A stretch of DNA of 64,000 nucleotides, taken from NCBI GenBank assembly GCA_965645245.1, contig OZ287070.1, positions 2,976,001-3,040,000 of the forward strand. Direction: 5' to 3'. The notes beneath the pieces were generated by a model. That model searched no databases. It was not told where the DNA came from and was given only the letters and a program-made list of their open reading frames with translations. Shown here piece by piece: positions 11,697 to 22,153 of this stretch. Made by a program: the position numbers and the translations under genes. How positions within the stretch are numbered: the stretch's first letter is position 1; each line of letters starts with the position of its first letter. This DNA is from Massalongia carnosa (taxonomy: Eukaryota).

Positions 11697-13060
11697 TGTA
11701 ATGGGCTACGAGACCAGTAAGCTTATCACGAGCAACACTGATCTCGAAAGGGGAAATGCTCAGCGTGAGAGGAGGAAGATAGCTACTACGAGCTGGTCTC
11801 CGAGAGTATACGTGATCCAAAGAACTAATGGATGTGGAAGTGCTTAGACCAAGAGATCTCGTCCGAGACCCAAACGTACGTTGTTCATAGAATAAAGACT
11901 AAGTGCTAACGAATACTACAGGATTCGTTCTGGTATTTATCCTACTCACCCCAAGCCTATAGCCTTGGGAGCCTTGGAACCTTAAGAGCCTTGCAACCCA
12001 CTTCTGACCTTATCGCCTTACATCTAACCAATCCCTCAGGATCCATCTACGAACTCGGCGTTCGCTGGATCATCTAGTCAGCCTCGAGCAGCCTTCTAGA
12101 CCTTCCCTTGCAAGGTAGAACACTTCTACCTCCGGCTAGATCCCTCACTACATTGCTAGCCTGCCTCTAAACATAAAGTCTAGACGCCGAGGCTATGTAG
12201 CTTCATTTCGCCGTCACCACTACCAACGTAGCGATGGAAGGTTACCTCCGACTGAATCTCTATCTACACTGCGGACCTGCCACTAGACACAAGGTCTAGA
12301 CCACAAGGTCATGTAGGTTCACTCAGCCGATATCACTACCAAATTAGCAATAAAGGTGAAAGCTGAAGTTTACACCGGGGAGGCCGAGCTCAAGCTGCGT
12401 CCAGCTAGCCGTGCCTCCTGCTACAACTCTTGATCCATCAAGAGATCGAGTAGCTCCGAGTAGGCCAGCAGATTCCATATAGAGTTCACGGCTTCTCCAC
12501 AGGAGTTCGCCTTACTCCATGGCAATCTACCACCACGGCCTCGACAGGTGTTTGATCTGTAAGCAGTCTAGAACGTAGGATTCGGAGTTGTGTGGCAAGG
12601 TGGCGTCGTGTCAACCTCGACGGCTGTGCGACTAAGTATTGTAATTGAAGCTCTGCTGGCATAGTAAAAAGCTCACTTTTGAAACGATTGATATTTCTAT
12701 CTACCTATCTAAGGACCGTGTTTATATAGATAGAAAAACATGCCGAAAACCGTTCTCCCTATGACTCACCTTCCTGCTTCCTAGAAATCTAAGATTGGTG
12801 ATTGACTCATATCCAATTTATGACTCGATGGGAATGTTCATAGAAGTTTTGCGGTGCTTCTCGAGGTCGTTATGTGTTGCCTAATGTTCTTACCAACGCA
12901 CTAATCCCAATGCGGTACTATGTGACTCTGAACACTTTACTAGGCATCAGCCGGGTGACTTTGCACATTACAACACTAAGTACTACGGCCTGGCTCATGC
13001 TAGTTAATCCCGCAACCGCCGTAGGCGATCACGTATCCTTCTAGCGCCATCCGTATTACA
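11697..13060 (+). mobile_element. Solo LTR family A (~1 kb) with a 336-bp internal insertion
   Basis: TGTAATGGGC...CGTATTACA with TAATA TSD. Homologous to 15146-16175 and 34309-39154. Confidence 0.9.
12639..12974. mobile_element. Small unclassified insertion (solo LTR or MITE)
   Basis: Absent from the other family A copies. Flanked by ACTAAGTA direct repeats; ends TTGTAAT...ATTACAA(C). Confidence 0.6.
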
Positions 13061-14000
13061 TAATATGAGAAGCATGCTCGTCGAGGATAAGCAAGCGATA
13101 TTCGCCTTGTTGTCGATTCTTCGAAAATGGATCAAATACACGTTTAAATCATTTGAAAGCGAGTGTATTATTGGTCCAGTCCTTGTCACTGATAGCGATG
13201 TTATTACCTCACTTCAATTCATTCATTCCGGCCTTCCTTTGAGTCTTTGGTTTAAAGATGACGAAAGCAGGAAGAAGTGCTTCATTTGCAGAGATACATT
13301 CAAGATGAGACACCCATTCCCGGCTCTCATTCAGACACATGTATGCATTAAGGTTTACCTTTGAAATCACTACCCTCTGCTTGCCTGCTTGGCCTATTGC
13401 AATGCCCTTCTCGTCCATATTATATACGTCTCTTTTTTCAATGTTGTATTGCTCCATTATGTCCGAAAAGAGCTTAAACCAATAATTGATTGTTTCGTAA
13501 TTGACTGCATTGATGCGCTCTTTATCTAACGGAGTGCAAAAGCGAGATTTTAACGAATGATGTCGATTCAAGAACTTCTCCACCCAGTGACATCCCAATG
13601 GGGTATGATTTCCTCTTTTTTGAGAATCTCTTCTGCTTGTAACTTGATTCGATAAATCATTGGAGGGAAGTCCCATTTGGCCAATAATTCGATTCAGTTT
13701 ATAAAGCATTCCTCCTCAATGAAAGTGAGGCGTTGTTGGGCTTGATGAGCTTCGTGATGAGGTAATGTTTCTCTTTTGTATCGTCGATATAATGTTGTAT
13801 GGCAAACATTGTATTTTTTGGCATATTGGCGGAATGAAGGCTTCTCTTGCTTAGGCTTTATTTCAGGCTGGAGTTCATATTCATCTCACCGCTTGATAGC
13901 TTTAGCAAAGGAGATCAGAGCAAGCTCCATGCGCTCACGCCTTGGGATGACCTCTGTATCTGATTCTTCTTCTAATGGGTCTTCCTCAACAGCTTGCATG
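13061..14000 (-). pseudogene. pogo/Fot1 transposase, HTH and DDE_1 portion (continues at 11696-11366, 6055-5713 and 4481-~4090)
   Basis: LGCHWVEKFLNRH, VYNMDEKG, SREWVS.LECISA and LPAFVIFK, with RLLILDEHASH in a shifted frame. Several frameshifts and stops. Confidence 0.85.
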
Positions 14001-14234
14001 ATATTTTGGTAACGGAGGGATGGCTAGGCTAGGCGCTGAGACCAATTATAGCTTCAATGGCCAGGGTTGAGGGTTGGAGAGTAGGTATAGGTCAATTGGC
14101 TGATTTGTAGAGACGCTACAGTATAAATTTTGGTAGGAATGCTTCAGGATAAACGCATCGGATAAACATCGGATATAAACCCCTACTAGTGCTGTTGCAT
14201 ATCTAGGTTTTTCGCATATCCCAGTCATCCCGAG

Positions 14235-14738
14235 TATGCTCGATCCATTGCTTCACCCCCCTGCGGCCACCACCTTATTCTCCTCGAGCCCCTCCGCTCA
14301 CGATCTTTCTACTCCTCGCTCTCATCGCCCCCGCTCTCGTCGCTCTCGGCCTCATAGTCTCACCCGCTCGCCCTCGCCATCCGAGCATGCGCTTGCTTTC
14401 TTCGACGCTGACGTCTCTGTCGAACTTCCGGACTCGTCTTCTTATTTTTGAATCGACAGGTCTGTTCAGTGGTGGATTTGTGGAGGGAGTGAACTGTTGG
14501 TTTGGGCACCGGGCCAGCTCTGGGAAAGATAAACTCCAGCTATGATTCCGACTGGAGACGAGGATGGCCTGCTAAAGAGCGACAGTATTACTCCCAAAGA
14601 CTTACCATCATCGAGTACCTCACTCGTCGGGCTGGGGCAGGTTCACGTGAAGAGATGGCAAAGCAGCTAGATAGCGATCAAGGAGTACTATAGTTGAACG
14701 GGCTAGCCAACGAGATCAAGAAGGGCAAGCGAGGGTGA
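14235..14738 (+). pseudogene. Crypton C-terminal part with GCR1_C-like DNA-binding domain
   Basis: NRQVCSVVDLWRE*TVGLGTGPAL..DWRR..KERQYYSQRLTIIEY matches the GCR1_C pattern. Removing 3844-14234 plus one TA restores ..PIPLNMLDPLL.. across the junction. Confidence 0.8.
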
Positions 14739-15145
14739 CTAGAATCGGAATGATGAAGGAAAAGGTGGATGAATGGTTTTTTTGGCATTTTTGGAGTTTG
14801 TTTGAGGTTTTCGTTGAACCATTTGCTTTTCTTATTTCCCCACACTTTTTGGAGATGATGGGTGTTTTTACAGCAGTTTTTCCAGTGTTTACACCGTCTT
14901 TTTCGATAGGAAATAGAGCACGAAGGTTGAATTTTGGACATGTTTAGAGTTGAATTGTTAGGTTAATTTATTTGGTCCACATTCATACTGCATTCTAAAG
15001 ACAGTGCAGTCATTTACGTGCAATCATCCTGATAAATAATGTTCAATTCTTTCAAGTAATTAATTTACCGATTTCAGTGTAAATGATTTGTCGCAAAAGC
15101 AGTCACGTCGACCTTTTTCAACCTCGAAGCGATGACGTTTCGCAT

Positions 15146-16175
15146 TGTAATGGGCTACGAGACCAGTAAGCTTATCACGAGCGACACTGATCTCGAAAGG
15201 GGAAATGCTCAGCGTAAGAGGTGGAAGATAGCTACTACGTGCTAGTCTCCGAGAGTATATGTGATCCAAAGAACTAATGGATGTGGAAGTGCTTAGACCA
15301 AGAGATCTCGTCCGAGACCCAAACGTAGGTTGTTCATAGAATAAAGACTAATTGCTAACGAATACTACAAGATTCGTTCTGATATTTATCCTACTCACCC
15401 CAAGCCTATAGCCTTGGGAGCCTTGGAACCTTAGGAGCCTTGCAAGCCTTGGGAGCCTTGCGAGCATTACAGCCTTGCAATCCACATCCGACTTTATCGC
15501 ATTATATCCAACCATCCCTCAGGATCCATCCACGAACTCGGCGTTCGCTGGATCATCTAGTCAGCCTCGAGCAGCCTTCTAGATCTTCCCTTGCAAGGTA
15601 GAACAATTCTACCCCCGGCTAGATCCCTCACTACATGCCTCAGGCTATGTAGCTTCATTTCGCCGTCACCACTACCTAGTGATGGAAGGTTACCTCCGAC
15701 TGAATACCTCGCTACACTGCAGACCTGCCTCTAGACACAAGGTCTAGACAACGAGGTCATGTAGGTTCATTCAGCCGACATCACTACCAACGTAGTAATA
15801 AAGGTTGAAGCTGAAGTTTACACCAGGGAGCCTAGCTCAAGCTGCGTCCAGCGAGCCGTGCCTCCTGCTACCTCTCTTGAACCATCAAGAGATCCAGTAG
15901 CTCCGAGTAGGCCAGTAGATCGCATATAGAGTTCCTTGGCGTCTCCACAGGAGTCCGCCTTACACTCCATGGCAATCTACCACCACGGCCTCGACAGGTG
16001 TTTGATCTGTAAGTAGTCAAGAACGTGATAACAATAACTCCGAAGTTTCGGGGCAAGATGGCAGTGTGTCAGCCTCGACGGCTTATGCGACTTCGTACTA
16101 CGGCATGGTCCACGCTAGTTAATCCCGCAACCGCCATAGGCGATCACGTATCCCTCTAGCGCCATCCGTATTACA
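15146..16175 (+). mobile_element. Solo LTR family A, uninterrupted (1030 bp)
   Basis: TG...CA ends with CGCAT TSD (15141-15145, 16176-16180). Confidence 0.92.
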
Positions 16176-16273
16176 CGCATCGAGAGCAATTGAGAGGCAC
16201 ATGCGTAAATAGCCTGCATCTAGGCCTTCATTGTCATGTTTTCGTGCTTGTCCCAGCCGCTTTCTCGGGTATG

Positions 16274-16334
16274 GGGTTGGTTGGAGGAGGTGGTTGGAGG
16301 TGGTTGGAGGTGGTGGAGGTGGTTGGAGGTGTGG
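16274..16334. repeat. (GGTTGGAGGT)n low-complexity repeat
   Basis: Directly visible 9-10 bp units. Confidence 0.8.
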
Positions 16335-17149
16335 ATTTTGTCAAATATATAAGGGTCAAAAGGCATAATCAGTTTCGCGAAACCGCTGTCGCTTGCTGGC
16401 CATCTTCTCACTGGCTTCTATAATGCCTCTTGCATATATCATTCCCGCCACATCGGGAAATCGGGAGATGACTAATAGATCTAGATGATTAAATATTCGA
16501 CTTTTTGGTTTCTTTCGTCTTTATTCGTCAACCTTTAGTCAGTTGCCTTTATCTATTGTACGTCTTGTCGTCATATTAGTCAGTGCAACCTGCATCTCAA
16601 CAAATAATCGTCGCTCTGTCTTTACTTCTCGTCTCGATAAGCTTTATTATTCTCTGTACCTTGACCTTTTAACAATTCAGTCGTATATTATCCACTCTAT
16701 CCTATCTTTACGTCCTCTTTATCCGTCACAGAGTACTTTTGGTTGTTCAGCTGCTCTCTTTACATGTCGCATCGTCATACATTGACTTCGTTGCAGCTTT
16801 TGTATCTTGCGTATAACATATCTTTATAATGCGCAACCCACCTTGCATGTCTCATCGAAGATAATGTTACGTACATTCAGTTCTCGAAGATCAACAGCAT
16901 TCTACATCATTACGTGGTTATGATTCTCATTGTTCTTTGAATTGATGATTATCTGTTACTTGATGACGAGAAAGCCTGCTTAATGCCTACAGAGCACAAA
17001 TATTAGGAGACCAACTACTACCGCGACGACATATTAAGCTCATCTGTTGTGGAACAACAGCCCCTCTTAGACGGAAGCCCTTCCTTATCCTATTAAAAAG
17101 CGCATGCGTTTAGGAAACCAATTCTCTTTAATCCTAACATAACACAATA

Positions 17150-17740
17150 GGGTACGTGTGCCGAAGCGAGACAGTGAATAGATTTCTACCATTGCGCCAC
17201 CTGTCCTCCGACCAAAAGACACAATACTTAGTCCGTAGACCAAGCTCTATTCTACTATAACTGGGACTCCTGCTATGTTCGCTGTAGGTCCTGCTGTCGA
17301 GACCACGCATGGTCGAACCGTTACATTACGTTATAATCCCAAACATAAACTAAACACCCAATCCATCGAGTCTAAAGGATTCAAGAGCACATGAAGGTCT
17401 AGATATATGGGACGTGCGATGGGGGGGCACTCTCGGTCGAAATACAAATGGACTCGGTTGGTTATATTAACCTGACAAATAGAGTCCACTACTTGATTTG
17501 TTCATCGGGATATAGATTACACATGCCACAGCATCCTTCGTATGGACGGTGGTCAAAGATAATATGGATGATCGTATCGATAGTGGACAAGAGGTGGTTT
17601 GGATTATAATCAAAAGGTGGTATAAACGGTGGTCTGGATGGTGGTCAAAAGGTAATCTGGGTGGTGATCTGGATGGTAGATAAATGGTTGACGAAAGATG
17701 GTCTAGATGATGTTCAAAAGGTGGCATAAGAGGTGAACAT
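17150..17740 (+). pseudogene. Possible heavily mutated gene relic (Cys-rich segment, then Gly-rich repeats)
   Basis: One frame reads FYHCATCPP..*SVDQALFYYNWDSCYVRCRSCCRDHAWSNRY with TAA/TAG stops, followed by GGTGGTC-type 12-bp repeats. Confidence 0.3.
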
Positions 17741-17977
17741 TCAGTTCACGAAGAATATGGCGAAGGGCCGTTGCGGAGCGTCGATGAGCAGGTCTGGGGC
17801 AGGAATTAGGCTTTTCGGGGGTGCTTACTATATTCAGTACTATCATCTCCGCAAAGAACACTGTTGTCCTCTGCTATGTCCGCCGTTTTCAACGCTTCAG
17901 GTCTGAAGTGCCACGGACTCGTTGCCGCTTCCATGATACCTGGTAACTATTGTTACAGGTTAACGGATACTATTATA

Positions 17978-18271
17978 CTACCCCCTGAACAATCCTGAAA
18001 ACATGGGATTTTGCAAGGGCGGTACGGGGGTATGTGCTAGGGTGAAAACGGGCGTGGATACAGGCTTGTCGCCAATCAGACAGTCGAATCTTCTGGATAT
18101 TTGGGGAAGGTAAAATCACTAAGGGATTCGCTGTAGGGCTGTACAGTAAAAAATATTTACATGTCCTGATTGGCTCAAAGCCCTGGTTTCCACCCATGTG
18201 CTGTCAAGTCATCACTCCCGTCCTCCTCTTGCAAAAAACCCATGTTTTCAAGATTGTTCAGGGGGGGATAG
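17978..18271. mobile_element. Tc1/mariner-type MITE (294 bp)
   Basis: ~40-bp TIRs CTA(T)CCCCCTGAACAATC.TGAAAACATGGG.TTTTGCAAG, TA on both sides, non-coding interior. Confidence 0.85.
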
Positions 18272-18339
18272 TATGTGAGGTTTGACATACTGAACCTTTT
18301 ACAGAGATGATCTACGGTAAGCTAACATCAACTAACCCT

Positions 18340-18416
18340 AATCTAACAGCTAACAAGATTTTCTTGATCTAACAGGGTTTTCTTGATCTAACAGGGGCTG
18401 TTTTAATCTAACAGGA
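18340..18416 (+). repeat. Clustered ATCTAACAG motifs
   Basis: Four ATCTAACAG copies, including a 19-bp tandem duplication. Confidence 0.7.
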
Positions 18417-18575
18417 ACCGTTAGCATATCATAACAAAGTCAACGATCCTAACACGCTAGATTTGGTTGCAATGGCAAACTTGGTCATTTTACTTTTCGC
18501 GTCGATCTCTTCTACTTTGCTCGTTTCCCAAATCCACAGGTATTGCATATTCCTTGTTGCTTCTTTTTTTCACTA

Positions 18576-20944
18576 TGTCAACATCAAAGGCAACCACTAT
18601 CAACAACCCACAAATAATCACAATGTTACGAACCTCCCCAGGATGTATAGAAACCAACGCGTATCGCTGACTTTGCTTTTCCTTCGAGAACTCTCAGGAG
18701 TTTGATGATTCGCCTTCCGAGGAAGACTTGCCTACATTGACACAACTAAAACGCTCTCGTGCACAATTTGATGGAAATAACACTTACGGAGACAACAAAC
18801 GCTCACATCGCCTGTCTTGTGTGGACGAGTTGGCTGAATCTAGTACTGGCAACGACTCAAGCGATGTGAGTTTCCAGCCGAGTGTAAATAGTACAGTCAT
18901 GAATGCATGTATCGGGTTCTGACTTAGAACAGAAAACGCCGATAACTAAGTATGTGGCGAGGACATTACGGGCCGGCGCAGGCCGCGGTATTCAATACAG
19001 CTCAAGTTCTCCATCTCGAAGGAGCTCCTTACGAAGGGAAACATTACCCTCGTCTCCACCGAGAAACCCTTCCCGCGCGCTGGATAACATCTTGTCGCCT
19101 TCACAAATACGCACTCGTCGGGGTTTGCCTGCGACACTCTCCTCGCAAACTCTCGAGATCTCAAAGGTCCTCCCGATCAAGTCTACTTCCGGCATAAGGG
19201 CTGGCATAACGGAATACGAGACAGTCTCCGAAATCAAAATAAATAGATACTTATCGTTTACTCTGGGGTGACATATCAAGGCGAACCAAGTTCAACTCTA
19301 GCCCTGCTCATCAACTAATACTACGTGCCATGATTCCTTTTTTCAACGCTCTGATAACGTCCAGACACGCGGTTGAATTATGTTCGCCTTGGGTAAACAC
19401 ACAGAAGCCTCGATTGAGCAAATTAATGAGTCGTACTTGGCAGGACCTTGCGAAGCGTCTCGGTGACCTTCCTGGCAACCGGAACGTCGACGTAGCAGAG
19501 CTTCCCACCGCCAAAGAGGCTCGCAGGGTAGGTGAGGTCTTGCTTACAACGGATTTGTACTTATAAAAACTAATCTAAGACTAGATTTATGATTCGACAA
19601 CAGATTTTTGCTCTCAAATGTTGAGCAAAGTGAGATTGCTTGTGGCTAACGAATACCCGTTCTCAGTTCAGAGCGACTGTCGAATATTCGTGTCCACTTT
19701 GCTAGACGATCTTCATTTTCTGTGCGAAGATTTATCAACGGTTAATATGTCCTAGTTATCTTGATACAAAGTTTAACTAACTCGCGAGTAGGCTCCGAAA
19801 AACCAGTTTCTCGCGCCTATCTTGATAAAGGCAGTTACTCTGATATTCTTCAAATAACGACAATGACTGCAGTTATGGACGCAATACCGATACTGCGCAT
19901 TTGTTCAATCCACTTCGAGGAGAAGTGATCGTATTGATAGCAACTCTGATTCAACATGCTATTGGAGAGTACGAATACGGGCAAAAAAAGGTACAGGCTT
20001 TTGATGGGTCACAGCGAGAGAGTAGTTTGTATCAATATAATCTTTGCTGAGTTGAGGCATTAATACTGAAAAGCAATCCATACTCGAATGACGAACACCT
20101 GGAATCAACAGTCCTCGGAGAGAAAGATGTTGTTACAAAGAATCATTCATCGGCGGGTTATGCGTCAGACTGGACAAAGAGATGGGGGCTTTTCGGCGGT
20201 CACAAAAGCTGTCCACAATCCATTTGCCACTTCTTGACGATCTTGTAGATCTTGATGCGGGAGATGAAATGACAAAGTCTGTCAGGTCGACAGCGCGGCT
20301 TTCTTCCTTGACATCTTCGTGTAGAACTTCGATCGTTCGTTGCGAGGAGGTGGATTCGGGTTTTTCGGTATGTCTTGATTGGTATTATGCTTTGGAATTA
20401 TCAGTAACAACAATAGAAGGAAACCTCTTCGCCTAGACCGCCGCAGTTGACGAGCCACGAGGTATGCAATCTTATTAACCGCGTTCTAAAGTGGTATTAA
20501 CATCTCTCCTAGAATTCTTCGCAACCTGGGCCCTCACAATTAAAGCACAGCGCATCAAGTTCATCCTTCGTAAGTATTCGCTTTTGTTGTAGAATATCTG
20601 TTAGTCTAACAATTGCGTTGAAAACAGTTTAACGACAAGATATCGTCAACTCCAACTCCACTCGCGCAAGACGCAATCGTGACGACAGATTCGGGTCAAG
20701 AAGTTGCGGTAGATTACGATTTACGCATGGGGAAAGACTGGCGGATTCGGATGAGGTATGATGCAACGTGGAAGGAGTGGCAGACTGCTGTGGGAATGAA
20801 AGATGGAGAGTCGTTCTGGTATACTGTACCAACATTTCCCGAGGCCGTATTGAGCTTTGAGGAGTGGATCGGGTGGAACAGGTGCATAGAGTAATGATAC
20901 GAAGAGGAAAATGGGCGCATTCTCAAGCAGATGAAAACTCTGTG
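18576..20944 (+). pseudogene. Multi-exon degenerate hypothetical gene, possibly DUF6532-like
   Basis: GT..CTAAC/CTAAT..AG introns near 18866, 19528, 19741, 20460 and 20570. Ser/Arg-rich N-part, then LHFLCED..FLAPILIKAV.LIFF..VIVLIATLIQHAIGEYEYGQKKVQAFDG. Stops and frameshifts present. Confidence 0.45.
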
Positions 20945-21291
20945 AGGGAGGACGACAATATGGGAGAACTTACATAACATTATTTAACCCAAATCTTGAT
21001 AATATACTTGACTGGTGTGTCTTTATTGTCGTATCATGCAGCAGCAAGCGCTCGAAAAGGAAACAGAAGCAGTGTATTTTGAAGAATTGTTACATCGTGA
21101 GGGATATAAAAGAACTCACCTGAACCACGAAGACACTGAAAAGAAACCGAACCAGAACCAAAACGACGAACCGAAACGAAACCAGAAGAACCAGAGACCG
21201 CCACTGCGTTGGCACCGAACAGAACCGAACCGAACCGAACCAAACCCAGAAAACGAATCTAGGAGAACCGAAGGAAGCCTCCCCTACAGTG

Positions 21292-22153
21292 ATGGCGCGA
21301 CCCATGATAATCGAAGATGACCTCCCAACTAGACGGGAGTCCATCATTCCAGAAACCCGAGAAACTGACGACGAACTAGAAGTAGCTGAACCTATGATGG
21401 TGGAGAACGTGCGACAATTGAAGGCATGGATGGAGCATGACCCACAAGCGGTATCCGACATGTTCCAGGATCTGAAGGCCACCTACCTCGACAATCTCAT
21501 CCGCCATGGTAACGCGGTCGGAAAGATGGAATGTTTTCGAGATAGGATAAACCAGCTAGAGGGAATTGTGGAGTACCAGAAGGAGGAACTCAGGGAGGCA
21601 CGGCGTCAGGACACCAAGGAACCAACCCGAGAACCACCACGCCCTCGCTCTCCTTCTCACACACCCAGCACCCAGGTGACCGATGGAACGGACAAGAAGA
21701 AGTCCATGAAACTCCCTGACCCACCCATCTTTACCGATGGAAAAGAGATTTCCATTGACCATTGGCTGACGAAGATGCGGAGCAAACTAGCGGCCAATGA
21801 TGACCACATGCCGACAGAAGTCCTTAAGAAGGTATAAGTGGAGAACCGGGTCGGTGGCGAAGCTATGGGTCACCTTGAACCTCGACTTCGGAAAGGTGCC
21901 ATCAGACCCTTTACGACGGCCGAGGAAATGTTCGACCAATTAGAACGCATATACGGCGCCCCTAACCGCAAGCGGACCGCCATGAACAATTTCCGATCGC
22001 TCAAACAAGGAAGCAAGGACTTCAACACCTTTTGGGCCGAGTTCCAACGTCTAGCAGCTGAGTTGGATCATAACGAGGAAACGCTAATCGGTGAATTGAA
22101 GTATAAGCTCTCTTGGGAAATGAGCAGACAATTGGCCACCGGCGACCTGGAAC
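21292..22153 (+). pseudogene. Ty3/Gypsy gag fragment, truncated by a Copia LTR
   Basis: KLPDPPIFTDGK..DHWLTKMRSKL and FRSLKQGSKDFNTFWAEFQRLA. Internal TAA at 21835-21837. GAACC-rich leader at 21120-21270. Confidence 0.85.

Larger units (their letters stand above)
3844..14234 (-). mobile_element. pogo/Fot1-like DNA transposon expanded by nested insertions
   Basis: TIRs CTCG(A/G)GATGACTGGGATATGC...AACAGCACTAGTAGGGGTTTA. TA TSD at 3842-3843 and 14235-14236. Transposase fragments lie on the minus strand. Confidence 0.9.

Noticed and set aside
18330..18342. Telomeric repeat
   Set aside because: A single TAACCCTAA occurrence only.
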